In this document: positions 40,073 to 50,576 of the stretch, in pieces | Position numbering within the stretch: position 1 is the stretch's first letter | How the letters are laid out: each line of letters begins with the position of its first letter | DNA from: Escherichia phage vB_EcoM_ECO78 | Length of the DNA stretch: 64,000 bases | Reading direction: 5' to 3' (one strand) | Sequence record: PP526941.1 | Notes under the pieces: model-generated | Told to the model about the DNA's origin: nothing | Seen by the model: only the letters and a program-made list of their open reading frames with translations | Databases searched by the model: none | Program-made: the position numbers and the translations under genes

Positions 40073-41251
40073 TTAAAAGTATTTTTTAAAACTCATCATA
40101 ACTTTATCATCAACATCATTATCAATCTGTGCAACAAGGTAAGATGACAGTTCTACTTCTTGTGGCGCGGATTGAACATTATCAGAATTAAGATATTCAC
40201 GAATCCAAGGATATGGATGTTTAACCGGAGCATCGGTAATTGGGCATGGAAGACCACACTGTTTCATACGAGATACAGTTAAGTAATCAATAAAGCTCCA
40301 CATGCTATTTGTATTTAATCCAGGAACATCGCCATCTTTAAATAAATGAACTGCCCAATCTTTTTCTTGACGGTTAACTTCCATGAAAATATCAACTGCT
40401 TCTTGTTCACACTCTTGGGCAATTTTAACCCATTCATCGCCATCAGTGCCAAGTTGAAGTTGACGAATAATATATTGGGTGCCCTTAAGGTGTAGTTGTT
40501 CATCGCGAGCAATGAACTTCATAATCTTGGCATTACCTTCCATGATTTCCATATTCTTGTGGAAGTTAAAGGTGCATGCGAAAGATACATAAAAACGAAT
40601 AGCTTCTAAGGCATTAATAACGTGCAAACAGAGGTAAAGAGATTTCATTAGCTCACGCTTCCAATATGTCTCATGCTCAATAGCATCTTCAATAATGTCT
40701 TCGTCTGCATTAATTTCTTTTTGGTATTCGATATCAGCTTTAGCGTTTTCCCAATAACGAGTTTTAATCAGAACATCATCATAATAACGTCCAATGGATT
40801 CAGCACGTTTCATAATAGCTTCATCTAATACAATTTCATCAAATACCTTCGATGGATCAGTATAAAGATTTCGCATGATATGAGTATATGAACGACTGTG
40901 AATAGTTTCACTAAAAGTCCATGTAGCAACCCATGTATCAAGACTTGGGTCTGAAATTAATGACATAAGTACGGCAGACGGCGCACGACCCTGAATGCTA
41001 TCCAAAAGTGATTGATACTTCAGGTTGTTAGTAAAAATATTTTGCTGGTACTGAGGAAGCTTATTAAACTGTGCAGCATCCATCATCAAGTTTACTTCTT
41101 CAGGACGCCAGAAAAATGACAATTGCTTTTCGGTTAAATCTTCAAAAACTTTATGGCGTTGAATATCATAACGCGCAATACCAAGACCTGAACCGAAGAA
41201 CATAGGTTCTTTTAAAACATCAACTGGATTTGTATTAAAAACTGTGCTCAT
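40073..41251 (-). CDS. nrdB: ribonucleotide reductase small subunit NrdB, uninterrupted
   Basis: 392 aa contiguous ORF; di-iron/tyrosyl-radical RNR beta family; synteny downstream of nrdA; no intron-sized interruption. Confidence 0.92.
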   Translation of the reverse strand: MSTVFNTNPVDVLKEPMFFGSGLGIARYDIQRHKVFEDLTEKQLSFFWRPEEVNLMMDAAQFNKLPQYQQNIFTNNLKYQSLLDSIQGRAPSAVLMSLISDPSLDTWVATWTFSETIHSRSYTHIMRNLYTDPSKVFDEIVLDEAIMKRAESIGRYYDDVLIKTRYWENAKADIEYQKEINADEDIIEDAIEHETYWKRELMKSLYLCLHVINALEAIRFYVSFACTFNFHKNMEIMEGNAKIMKFIARDEQLHLKGTQYIIRQLQLGTDGDEWVKIAQECEQEAVDIFMEVNRQEKDWAVHLFKDGDVPGLNTNSMWSFIDYLTVSRMKQCGLPCPITDAPVKHPYPWIREYLNSDNVQSAPQEVELSSYLVAQIDNDVDDKVMMSFKKYF

Positions 41252-41302
41252 AAATTTTCCGCTTAGTTAATAGATAGTGACTCGTCCATGAGTCAAATTA
41301 TA

Positions 41303-43567
41303 TCATAATTTACAGGATGAACAATCTTCAGCTTTTGGAGTTTCTATTTCATAATCATCAGTACCAGAACCGTCACGGGTATTATGATAATAGAAATTTT
41401 TTCCGCCAAAATACCAAAAATACAAAAGGTCATCAATCATTATTGACATTGGAACCTTTCCTTTTGGAAAAATCTGCGGGTCATAATATGTATTTGCTGA
41501 AGCTGATTGACATACCCATTTCAGCATAATAGCTACCTGTGTAAGATAAGGTTTATTGCCTTTCTTAGCTAATTTCCACGTATAATCATAGAGGTCTATG
41601 TTATGTTCAATATTGGGCACGACTTGATTAAAGGAGCCCTCTTTTGATTCTTTAACAGAGACTGGTCCACGTGGAGGCTCGATACCGTTTGTACTGTTAG
41701 AAACTTGGGAAGATGACTCACATGGCATAAGTGCTGATAATGTGCTATTACGGATGCCAAAGAGCTTAAGGTCTTCCCGCAGCGACGACCAGTCACAAAC
41801 GTATTTTGGAGCTGCGATTTGGTCAATCTTTTTATTGTACCAGTCGATAGGTAATTCGCCTCGAGACCAACGAGTGTCTGAATAATATTCGCAAGGTCCT
41901 TTTTCTTTGGCGAGCTTAATGGATGCTTTAATGAGTCCATACTGTAATCTCTCAAATAGTTCATGTGTTAAATCGTTAGCATCTTCATAAGAAGCAAAGT
42001 TACTTGCCAGCCAAGCTGCATAGTTAGTAACACCTACACCGAGGTTACGACGCTTTTTAGCTTTTTCTGCTTCAGGAACTGGATATCCTTGGTAATCCAA
42101 AAGATTATCAAGAGCACGAACTTGAACTTCTGCCAATTCATTAATTTTATCTTGGTCTTGCCAATCGAAGTTATCCAACACAAACGCAGATAACGTACAC
42201 AATCCAATTTCGGCATCAGGGCTATTCACATCATTTGTTGGAATAGCAATTTCACAGCACAAGTTACTCTGACGAATAGGTGCCTTTTCACGAATAAACG
42301 GAGTGTAGTTATTCGTATTATCAATGAACTGTACATAAATCCTTGCTGTTCCTGAACGTTCAGTCATGAGCAATTCAAACAGTTCACGGGCTTTAATACG
42401 CTTTTTACGAATATTAGGGTCTTTTTCTGCTGCTTCGTATAATTCGCGGAAACGGTCTTGGTCTTTAAAATAAGAATAATAAAGCTCGCCACCCATTTCA
42501 TGCGGACTGAACAAAGTAATGTAATCGTTCTTTCCAAAACGTTCCATCATCAAATCATTCAGCTGAACACCATAATCCATATGACGAATGCGGTTTTCTT
42601 CTACGCCTTTGTTATTTTTCAAAACGAGAAGATTTTCAACTTCCAAATGCCAAATAGGATAATAAGCAGTAGCAGCGCCGCCACGAATTCCACCCTGTGA
42701 ACATGATTTAACTGCGGTCTGAAAATGTTTCCAAAAAGGAATAACACCAGTATGGCGTACTTCACCCATGCCAATCTTAGAACCTTCGGCACGAATCATA
42801 CCAACGTTAATACCAATTCCAGCACGTTTGGAGATATATTCAACAATCGAAGCGGAAGCCTTATTGATAGACTTCAATGAATCACCTGCCTCAATAACAA
42901 CGCATGAACTAAACTGCCGAGTTGGAGTACGACAACCAGCCATAATAGGAGTTGGCAATGAAATCTGTCGAGTAGATACCGCTTCATAAAAACGGATAAC
43001 ATGTTTTAATCTATCAACAGGTTCATCTTGATGCAATGCCATTCCAATAGCCATAAATGCAAACTGCGGAGTTTCATAAATTTGACCAGTGGTTTTATCT
43101 TTAACTAAATATTTTTCTTTTAATTGCATCGCCCCGGAATAAGTAAATTCCATATCCCGCTCGTGCTTAATTTTTGATTCTAAAAATGTAATTTCTTCTG
43201 CTGAATATTTTGACAATAATTCAGGGTCATATTTACCTTCATTTACACAATAAGAAATATGGTCAATAAATGAACGTGGTTCATACTGCCCGTAAACATG
43301 TTTACGAAGAGCAAACATTAAACAGCGTGCAGCTACATATTGATAATCAGGTTCTTCAACCGAAATAGAATTCGCAGCGGCCTTAATGACAATAGTCTGA
43401 ATATCATCAGTTGTCATTCCATCACGGAGATAAGATTTAATGTTTTCATATAATTCATAAGGATCTACTGATGTTCCCTCAGCTGCCCAAGATAAAACTT
43501 TAATAATTTTTTGTGGGTCAAAGCTCTGAGAAACACCACTACTTTTGATAACATTAATTAATTGCAT
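41303..43567 (-). CDS. nrdA: ribonucleotide reductase large subunit NrdA
   Basis: 754 aa; N-terminal ATP-cone; class I RNR alpha. Confidence 0.95.
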   Translation of the reverse strand: MQLINVIKSSGVSQSFDPQKIIKVLSWAAEGTSVDPYELYENIKSYLRDGMTTDDIQTIVIKAAANSISVEEPDYQYVAARCLMFALRKHVYGQYEPRSFIDHISYCVNEGKYDPELLSKYSAEEITFLESKIKHERDMEFTYSGAMQLKEKYLVKDKTTGQIYETPQFAFMAIGMALHQDEPVDRLKHVIRFYEAVSTRQISLPTPIMAGCRTPTRQFSSCVVIEAGDSLKSINKASASIVEYISKRAGIGINVGMIRAEGSKIGMGEVRHTGVIPFWKHFQTAVKSCSQGGIRGGAATAYYPIWHLEVENLLVLKNNKGVEENRIRHMDYGVQLNDLMMERFGKNDYITLFSPHEMGGELYYSYFKDQDRFRELYEAAEKDPNIRKKRIKARELFELLMTERSGTARIYVQFIDNTNNYTPFIREKAPIRQSNLCCEIAIPTNDVNSPDAEIGLCTLSAFVLDNFDWQDQDKINELAEVQVRALDNLLDYQGYPVPEAEKAKKRRNLGVGVTNYAAWLASNFASYEDANDLTHELFERLQYGLIKASIKLAKEKGPCEYYSDTRWSRGELPIDWYNKKIDQIAAPKYVCDWSSLREDLKLFGIRNSTLSALMPCESSSQVSNSTNGIEPPRGPVSVKESKEGSFNQVVPNIEHNIDLYDYTWKLAKKGNKPYLTQVAIMLKWVCQSASANTYYDPQIFPKGKVPMSIMIDDLLYFWYFGGKNFYYHNTRDGSGTDDYEIETPKAEDCSSCKL

Positions 43568-43884
43568 AAGTCCTCAACTTGAAAATCGTCTTTAAACAAT
43601 CGGTTAACTATATGAGCTATTATATCACCATGACACGGCTTTGGTTTACATGTGCATCCTAGCCTCATTCCACGTAAAGGCTCTAAATGTGCTTTAGTTA
43701 TTTCTCCGGATTTAATTCGACGTATAAAATCTTTTTTGAATAATTCAATGGCAGCCTCCCGGCTGCCAGCATCTTTACCGACGTAATTTCCCCAAAATGT
43801 ACCACGGTGAATATTAACATCAAAGTCGGATTTGTATTTATTCACTACCCGGCATAGACGGCCCGGTTGGTAATAATTCTTCAT
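43558..43884 (-). CDS. hypothetical Cys/His-motif protein (position of T4 nrdA.1)
   Basis: 108 aa; C-terminal [11 protein letters not shown] motif; overlaps the nrdA start by 10 nt. Confidence 0.5.
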   Translation of the reverse strand: MKNYYQPGRLCRVVNKYKSDFDVNIHRGTFWGNYVGKDAGSREAAIELFKKDFIRRIKSGEITKAHLEPLRGMRLGCTCKPKPCHGDIIAHIVNRLFKDDFQVEDLCN

Positions 43885-44101
43885 ATTGTTTTTCCGTTAA
43901 AACAGTAATATCGTAGTAACAGTCAGAAGAAGTTTTAACTGTAGAAATTTTATTATCAAAATACTCACGAGTCATTTTATGAGTATAATACTTTTTACCA
44001 TAAATGATAATAGGTTGTTCTGGTCCTGGAACTTCTAACTCACTTGGGTTAGGAAGTGTAAAAAGAACAACGCCAGAAATATCTTTAAATCGTAAAATCA
44101 T
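43838..44101 (-). CDS. hypothetical protein (position of T4 nrdA.2)
   Basis: 87-aa ORF, ATGA-coupled to td. Confidence 0.45.
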   Translation of the reverse strand: MILRFKDISGVVLFTLPNPSELEVPGPEQPIIIYGKKYYTHKMTREYFDNKISTVKTSSDCYYDITVLTEKQYEELLPTGPSMPGSE

Positions 44102-44958
44102 ATTGCCATTTTCCCTTTAATTGCTGGATGCGATTCATAATTTTCAAGGATAAAATCTTTCGGTTTCATGTATTCAGTTAACCAGTAAAGCTGTGTTTCG
44201 GTGTCACAATTTCCAAACTCTATAGGCCAATCAATTTTAAGTTCACATAGTTCTTTAGGCTCACGACGTAAAATTTCTTTACATTGCTCAGTATGATTCA
44301 TATAGATGTGAGTATTACCACCAGAAAATATCAAATCTCCTGGGATAAGATTACACATCTTAGCCACAATATGCGTCAAGGCAGCGTACGAGGCAATATT
44401 GAATGGCAAGCCCAAGAAAACATCTACACTTCTTTGGTACCATTGTAAATCAAGATAACCATTACGCACATTAAACTGATAGAACATATGACAGGGCGGT
44501 AATGCCATTTGATTGATTTCAGCTGGATTCCATGCTGAAACGATTTGACGTCGATCAGTTGGTAATTTTTTAATACGATCAATAGTTTCAACTAATTGAT
44601 CCACACCACCGAAATCACGCCATTGTTTACCGTATATAGGACCAAGTTCACCACTATGATATCCTAGGTCTTTAGCCTGGTTTTCATAGTTATCGTCCCA
44701 AATAGTTTTACCTTGAATAAGACTACCATGAGTGCGAAGACGTAAATCATTAACATTGGTAGAACCGGAAATAAACCATAGAAGCTCAGCAATGCATGCA
44801 TTCCAGGCGAGCTTCTTAGTCGTTACTGCAGGAAAACCTTTAGTTAAATCCCAGCGTAATTTAGTACCGAACAAAGCAATTGTTCCTGTGCCCGTTCGGT
44901 CATCGGTTTCATAGCCGTTTTCAAGAATGTCTTTAATTAAATCTTGGTATTGTTTCAT
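44098..44958 (-). CDS. td: thymidylate synthase, uninterrupted
   Basis: 286 aa contiguous ORF; classical ThyA active-site region ([15 protein letters not shown]). Confidence 0.95.
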   Translation of the reverse strand: MKQYQDLIKDILENGYETDDRTGTGTIALFGTKLRWDLTKGFPAVTTKKLAWNACIAELLWFISGSTNVNDLRLRTHGSLIQGKTIWDDNYENQAKDLGYHSGELGPIYGKQWRDFGGVDQLVETIDRIKKLPTDRRQIVSAWNPAEINQMALPPCHMFYQFNVRNGYLDLQWYQRSVDVFLGLPFNIASYAALTHIVAKMCNLIPGDLIFSGGNTHIYMNHTEQCKEILRREPKELCELKIDWPIEFGNCDTETQLYWLTEYMKPKDFILENYESHPAIKGKMAI

Positions 44959-45002
44959 TTAGCACCTTATATAAATTATAATACATTTTATGAAGCTAAT
45001 AA

Positions 45003-45362
45003 TCAATACGGTTTAGCATCAAATTTTCTTTCAATTTCAGGCGTAAAATACAATTCTTTACCACGCTTGGAAAAGCGACCAATAATATGATAATTATTCT
45101 CATCAAACGTGATATTGCCGATATCCATAGCTTTCAACCAAATATCGATATTTCTGTCAAGCTTTATATCAAAATTCCAATATGGAGAACTATTACCAAA
45201 AATACTACAAGCGGATTCAGTGAAACAACTGCTATAAATCTTGTCTTTAGGAACTACTAATTGATAGACACCTTTAATAAACTGAGGACCCTGCCATTTT
45301 GGTTGTTTCGCGTCTTTTTCTAATAGAATAGGGTAATAATTAAAATTCATATTTTCCGCCAC
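45003..45362 (-). CDS. hypothetical protein inserted between frd and td
   Basis: 119-aa ORF with ATG start; no motif recognised. Confidence 0.55.
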   Translation of the reverse strand: MAENMNFNYYPILLEKDAKQPKWQGPQFIKGVYQLVVPKDKIYSSCFTESACSIFGNSSPYWNFDIKLDRNIDIWLKAMDIGNITFDENNYHIIGRFSKRGKELYFTPEIERKFDAKPY

Positions 45363-45370
45363 GTGTTATT

Positions 45371-46197
<827 letters not shown>

Positions 46198-46207
46198 ATT
46201 ATTTTCC

Positions 46208-46450
46208 TTAAACAGACTTTTTCACAATTTTCCAATCAACTTTAAACTGCTCGACGTCAGAATGGTAAATCCAGAATCCTGCGCTTTCTCCGTCTTCATA
46301 AAGAGGACATCCATCGCATTCATCTTCCCACCCCATATCGCGTAAAAGATGTTCAGCTTTTTCAACAAGTTCAGAATCTTTACCAATGATATTAAAATAC
46401 CATTTACCTCTAACTTCTGAATCTTTGATGCTCTGACGCTGTAATCTCAT
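46208..46450 (-). CDS. hypothetical protein (frd.x position)
   Basis: 80-aa ORF with GGAG SD, downstream of an early-type promoter. Confidence 0.5.
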   Translation of the reverse strand: MRLQRQSIKDSEVRGKWYFNIIGKDSELVEKAEHLLRDMGWEDECDGCPLYEDGESAGFWIYHSDVEQFKVDWKIVKKSV

Positions 46451-46475
46451 TTTATTCTCCTTAGTTGATAGGGTA

Positions 46476-46505
46476 ATAGTATCACACTACTACCCTTCTG
46501 TAAAC
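46476..46505 (-). promoter_or_regulatory. candidate T4 early-type promoter
   Basis: Minus strand GTTTAC, about 18-nt spacer, TACTAT. Confidence 0.4.
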
Positions 46506-46885
46506 TACTTTTTGAAAGTTTTTCGCAAAAGTTCAATGATTTCGTCGACGTTATTTTCGTCTACAATGCAGTGAATTTTTGTTACGCCAGAAACCTTGTC
46601 TTCGATTTCATCTTCTTCAGAAGTCGGTTCTTTATATTCACGAAAACAATGAAATTCATCTTCACAAATTTCTAAAAGTCTATCTTTGAGGTAAAAATGC
46701 TTTCCATTTGCGCATTCAATGTGTTTTACTGCTTTATATCCATTAGCGACGGAAACTTCTTTAACTTCAAACCATCCGCCATTATCTCGAATGGCTTTAA
46801 CTATTGATGAATTAGAACGTGGGCTATAATTAATAAATGTATCAATAAGTCTTGGAACAAGTTCATACTTTTTACCGGTATACAT
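46505..46885 (-). CDS. hypothetical protein (frd.x position)
   Basis: 126-aa ORF. Confidence 0.5.
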   Translation of the reverse strand: MYTGKKYELVPRLIDTFINYSPRSNSSIVKAIRDNGGWFEVKEVSVANGYKAVKHIECANGKHFYLKDRLLEICEDEFHCFREYKEPTSEEDEIEDKVSGVTKIHCIVDENNVDEIIELLRKTFKK

Positions 46886-46929
46886 TACGTTTTCCTCATT
46901 TTAATAGGGGCTTGATAGCCCCTTGATAA

Positions 46930-47157
46930 TTACTGTTCAATAAATCCTGTGTAAAATTCTACATCTTCAGCATCCATACCGTCGCAGTATTCATTAACCA
47001 TAAACTGTTTAAGACGATCTAAAGGACCTTCAATAACAACTGAAACATTACAATTAGGATCATTTAGTGCGCTTATGATACTAAGTTCAGGATAACGATT
47101 ACGAATAATTTCTTCAATATATTCAAAATCAACAACATCAATATCAATTTTAGCCAT
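46930..47157 (-). CDS. hypothetical acidic protein
   Basis: 75-aa ORF with AAGAGGAAAA SD. Confidence 0.5.
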   Translation of the reverse strand: MAKIDIDVVDFEYIEEIIRNRYPELSIISALNDPNCNVSVVIEGPLDRLKQFMVNEYCDGMDAEDVEFYTGFIEQ

Positions 47158-47200
47158 ATTATTTTCCTCTTTAATTATCAGCAGTATTGCCGATAGTTGT

Positions 47201-47230
47201 ATAGTACCACAGTATGCTTTGGTTGTAAAC
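47201..47230 (-). promoter_or_regulatory. candidate T4 early-type promoter
   Basis: Minus strand GTTTACA, spacer, TACTAT; located just past the gene 32 terminator. Confidence 0.4.
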
Positions 47231-47261
47231 CGTTTTGTGAAAAATTTTTAAAATAAAAAAA

Positions 47262-47280
47262 GGGGACCTCTAGGGTCCCC
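47262..47280 (-). terminator. rho-independent terminator of gene 32
   Basis: GGGGACC-CUAGA-GGUCCCC followed on the minus strand by UUUUUUUAUUUU. Confidence 0.7.
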
Positions 47281-47302
47281 AATTAATTAGTAATATAATC
47301 TA

Positions 47303-48211
47303 TTAAAGGTCATTCAAAAGGTCATCCAGGTCCGTGTCATCAGCACTAGATGAACTGCCAGAGCTTGAGCTCATAAAATCATCTTCAGTTTTTGTATTGA
47401 AGTCATCAACATTGAATGCATCCAAATCATCAGCAACTTTATCAGCTTTCTTAGCAGCAGTTGCTGCGGCCCCGCCCATCACAGCAGTTCCCATGACTTG
47501 ACCGAATTTAGTGCTCAGTTCTTCAAACGATTTGAATTTATCTTTAGAAGTCATTTCAGAAAGGTCAACCATTTGTTCGAACAGTTCTTTCTGGAAAGAT
47601 TCATCGTCAATGTTTGGAATCGCAGATTGATTCAGAAATTTAGATTCATCGTAGTTACTAAATCCAGAAACTTGTTTAACTTTCAGTACAAAGTTAGCAC
47701 CTTCCCACGGACAAGTTACATCAACCGGAGTTTCACCCATTTCAACATCAACTGCAATCATTGCATTGATTTTATCCCAAATTTTCTTACCGAAACGGTA
47801 TTTAAATACTTTACCTTCATTTTCTGGAGCAGCTGGGTCTTTTACAACAAGAATGTTAGCCCAGTAAGAAGTTTTACGTTTAACAAGACTGTACTCTTTA
47901 TTGTCAGTGTTGTACAGATCATTTTTACTGATGTATTGACATACTGGGCAAGAATCGTAATCACCGTGGGTAGATGAACAGTTTTCAATATACCATTTAC
48001 CATTTTTCTTGAAACCGTGATTTACAAGAATTGCGAATGGTGCTTGTTCATCATTTTTAGACGGAAGAAAACGAATTACTGCTTGACCGTTACCCGCATT
48101 GTCGAGTTTCAGTTTCCACTCGCCTTTATCTTCAGAAGAAAAACCACCTTTATTTCCAGCCAGTTTAGCCATTTGTGCAGCGAGTTCAGCAGTAGATTTA
48201 CGTTTAAACAT
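47303..48211 (-). CDS. 32: single-stranded DNA-binding protein gp32
   Basis: 302 aa; sequence recognised as gp32 (zinc-binding region [15 protein letters not shown], acidic Ser/Asp-rich C-terminus). Confidence 0.96.
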   Translation of the reverse strand: MFKRKSTAELAAQMAKLAGNKGGFSSEDKGEWKLKLDNAGNGQAVIRFLPSKNDEQAPFAILVNHGFKKNGKWYIENCSSTHGDYDSCPVCQYISKNDLYNTDNKEYSLVKRKTSYWANILVVKDPAAPENEGKVFKYRFGKKIWDKINAMIAVDVEMGETPVDVTCPWEGANFVLKVKQVSGFSNYDESKFLNQSAIPNIDDESFQKELFEQMVDLSEMTSKDKFKSFEELSTKFGQVMGTAVMGGAAATAAKKADKVADDLDAFNVDDFNTKTEDDFMSSSSGSSSSADDTDLDDLLNDL

Positions 48212-48271
48212 TTTTATTTCCTTTTTAATTTAATTAACAGTTGGTGCTATGACGATGTATGACCTCATAGC
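48212..48271 (-). promoter_or_regulatory. gene 32 translational operator: A/U-rich unstructured leader plus 5' pseudoknot (gp32 autoregulation site)
   Basis: mRNA sense reads ...GCUAUGAGGUCAUACAUCGUCAUAGCACCAACUGUUAAUUAAAUUAAAAAGGAAAUAAAAAUG, matching the T4 operator as I recall it. Confidence 0.6.
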
Positions 48272-48294
48272 TGGTCAGTGAGATAATTATAATC

Positions 48295-48302
48295 TATTTA
48301 TA
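48295..48302 (-). promoter_or_regulatory. T4-type late promoter (TATAAATA on minus strand) upstream of gene 32
   Basis: Plus-strand TATTTATA about 85 nt upstream of the gene 32 ATG. Confidence 0.4.
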
Positions 48303-48310
48303 ATAAGCAA

Positions 48311-48964
48311 TTAATACTTACAAGATTTCACAGTTTCAATGAAAACATTTTTAGCTTTCTGTGAATCAATATTTAAAATTTTTCTATAAGCCTTTAACTT
48401 TATAGAATAATTATTCCAGACTAAATTATCAGTCTGTTCATCATGTTTATCAATTATATTTAAAAATGAATCAAGCAAGATAAACGTCTCAAACGAAATT
48501 ATGTTCGATTGCAGAAGTTTAAAAATATAACTTGACTGAACTTTTGGATTATATTCAAAGATTTCTTTAAAAGCAGAAACTTCAACTTTTTTACTAAAAT
48601 AATAAATGTTGCGAATATCTTCTTCAAACTTAAATTTAATTTGCTTTAAGCGTCCGATATATTCACGATAAAACACAAGTGCATCAGCGTCAGAGATGTC
48701 ACCAATCCAAGCATCTTGGTTAGCAACCAAATTGCTTATAAAGATTAAAGCAAGTTCCTTTAATTTATATTTTTCTGATAACTTCTGGAAAAAATACTTA
48801 TCCCTTCGCTTTTGATAAGCGGCATCAGACACCCGCATGCACCAATTATACTTAATAACATCATACTTTCCATTCATATGTTGTTTTATCATTAAGTATA
48901 ATTTATAAACTGATTTACCATCAATGTATCTTTCACCACCAGCAGGCATGCGGAGTTTAATCAT
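48311..48964 (-). CDS. 59: helicase loader gp59
   Basis: 217 aa, the T4 gp59 length; synteny between 33 and 32. Confidence 0.82.
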   Translation of the reverse strand: MIKLRMPAGGERYIDGKSVYKLYLMIKQHMNGKYDVIKYNWCMRVSDAAYQKRRDKYFFQKLSEKYKLKELALIFISNLVANQDAWIGDISDADALVFYREYIGRLKQIKFKFEEDIRNIYYFSKKVEVSAFKEIFEYNPKVQSSYIFKLLQSNIISFETFILLDSFLNIIDKHDEQTDNLVWNNYSIKLKAYRKILNIDSQKAKNVFIETVKSCKY

Positions 48965-49299
48965 AGTAGAAAATCTAATGTATTAGTTTTTTCACAACGA
49001 ACAACAGAAGGACGTAAAAGATTTTCGTCAATAGCTTCTGACTGAATTTTTTCAATTATACCCGAAGGAATAAATTTAGCAAATTGAGTTTCAGGAATAG
49101 AGTTTTCTTCCAAGAATGCTGTCGTAGCTTCAAGATAACTCATTCCAAACTCTTCTACCATTTTTTCAATAATAAATCCATTTTCTTGACGATCAAGAAG
49201 CTTTGCTATTTCATCCTTTTCTTTCTTGATTGAAAGTTCTTTTTCTGAAAGACCGGTCTCATCGACCGGACGAATATCATTTAGAGAAAACTGTGTCAT
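48961..49299 (-). CDS. 33: late transcription co-activator gp33
   Basis: 112 aa from the ATG at 49299 (the ORF track start is 3 codons further upstream); synteny. Confidence 0.75.
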   Translation of the reverse strand: MTQFSLNDIRPVDETGLSEKELSIKKEKDEIAKLLDRQENGFIIEKMVEEFGMSYLEATTAFLEENSIPETQFAKFIPSGIIEKIQSEAIDENLLRPSVVRCEKTNTLDFLL

Positions 49300-49546
49300 A
49301 AAGTTCAACTACCTCTTCAGTTTCAGCTTCAAACACATCACGGTTATCTTTATGATACAAAGCTAACAGACGATTAAACATCTTACCATCAACGCCAAGT
49401 TCATCTTTGGCACGAATTCGAATATCTTTAATCAATTCATTATAACCAGAAATTTTCAGTTTATGATCAGATGCTTCTTTAATAAATTTAGCCAAGTCTT
49501 CGCCATGGATAGCTTCATCAAATTCAACCATTTCTTTTTTAGCCAT
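49277..49546 (-). CDS. dsbA: double-stranded DNA-binding protein DsbA
   Basis: 89 aa; synteny between rnh and 33; 3' end overlaps the gene 33 start. Confidence 0.75.
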   Translation of the reverse strand: MAKKEMVEFDEAIHGEDLAKFIKEASDHKLKISGYNELIKDIRIRAKDELGVDGKMFNRLLALYHKDNRDVFEAETEEVVELYDTVFSK

Positions 49547-49554
49547 TATTCACC

Positions 49555-50472
49555 TCAAAATTCATTAATGCTATTAGTTAATTTAGAAAGACCCGCTTTT
49601 ACAAAATATGAATAAATTTTGCCACGCGGTGGTAATTTATATGAATTATAGTAATTCACAATGTTTGAAGCAATATTATCAGGAATATAATCAAAATCAA
49701 TTAGAACTAAATTTTCTTTATAACGATTATATTCAGATTCTGTGAGAAGCACCTTAGCTTGCTCACGGTCATTAGCAATAGCTTCAACGATTGAAGTTTT
49801 CATTGAAGGAGTTCGTTCACCTTCAACTCTGGTAAACCAAAAGTCAGATCGTACTTTAACTGAAGCAACGTTATCCTTTTTGTCGCCTTTAAGGATTTTA
49901 GTCATACAGTCAATTTCAGCAGAACCGCTTTTAATTTTAACCCATTTCTTATGCATCGGTGACCATTGCTTAACATTTGGATATTTGTGAAGCTGTGTAA
50001 AGTCACCATCCGACGAAATGATTAAAATCTTATGTCCTTCTAAAGAGAACTTTTTAACAAGAACAGCAATGTGGTCATCTGCTTCATACTTATCAATATC
50101 CATAACAATGTATGGCATATAAGCTTTCAATTCATCTATAACTTTATGGCTGGATTCAAAATAACCTTCCCAGTCCCAAGTAGATTCTTCTCGTGCTTTT
50201 CCACGGTTTTTCTTATAATAATACGCAAAATCACGACGCCAATATCCAGATTTCGCGTTATCAATACACAACACGATTTTAGTGTATCCAAGCGTTTTTG
50301 CTTTTTTGACATTAAACTTAATTGAGTTCAATATCAAATGACGAACCATTGATAAATTAATTTTTTCTTTATCTGGGAAGTTTACTAAAGCAGTTGAAAG
50401 CGCAATTTGACTAAAGTCAATAAAGCAAATTCCCTCTTTGTAATCTTCATCCAGCATCATTTCTAAATCCAT
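49555..50472 (-). CDS. rnh: RNase H (5'-3' exonuclease/flap endonuclease)
   Basis: 305 aa from the ATG at 50472 with GAGG SD (the ORF track start is a TTG); FEN-family acidic clusters. Confidence 0.92.
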   Translation of the reverse strand: MDLEMMLDEDYKEGICFIDFSQIALSTALVNFPDKEKINLSMVRHLILNSIKFNVKKAKTLGYTKIVLCIDNAKSGYWRRDFAYYYKKNRGKAREESTWDWEGYFESSHKVIDELKAYMPYIVMDIDKYEADDHIAVLVKKFSLEGHKILIISSDGDFTQLHKYPNVKQWSPMHKKWVKIKSGSAEIDCMTKILKGDKKDNVASVKVRSDFWFTRVEGERTPSMKTSIVEAIANDREQAKVLLTESEYNRYKENLVLIDFDYIPDNIASNIVNYYNSYKLPPRGKIYSYFVKAGLSKLTNSINEF

Positions 50473-50534
50473 ATGAACCTCGTTCAATTAGTGAGATTTC
50501 TATTATATACCATCCGAATCTTAAAGTAAACAAG

Positions 50535-50542
50535 TATAAATA
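50535..50542 (+). promoter_or_regulatory. T4-type late promoter (TATAAATA) for gene 34
   Basis: Exact TATAAATA 35 nt upstream of the gene 34 ATG. Confidence 0.6.
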
Positions 50543-50576
50543 CTTATTATTGAAAACACAATAGGAGCCCGGGAGA

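Noticed and set aside
44975-44999. Candidate middle promoter upstream of td (TTAGCTTCA plus TATAAT)
   Set aside because: The box has AGCTT instead of TGCTT and the spacing to the -10 is about 10 nt, shorter than the usual 11-13; mentioned only under the frd-td insertion finding.
47498-47977. 159-aa plus-strand ORF
   Set aside because: Entirely antisense to gene 32, which is unambiguous; phenylalanine-rich composition typical of the reverse strand of AT-rich coding DNA.
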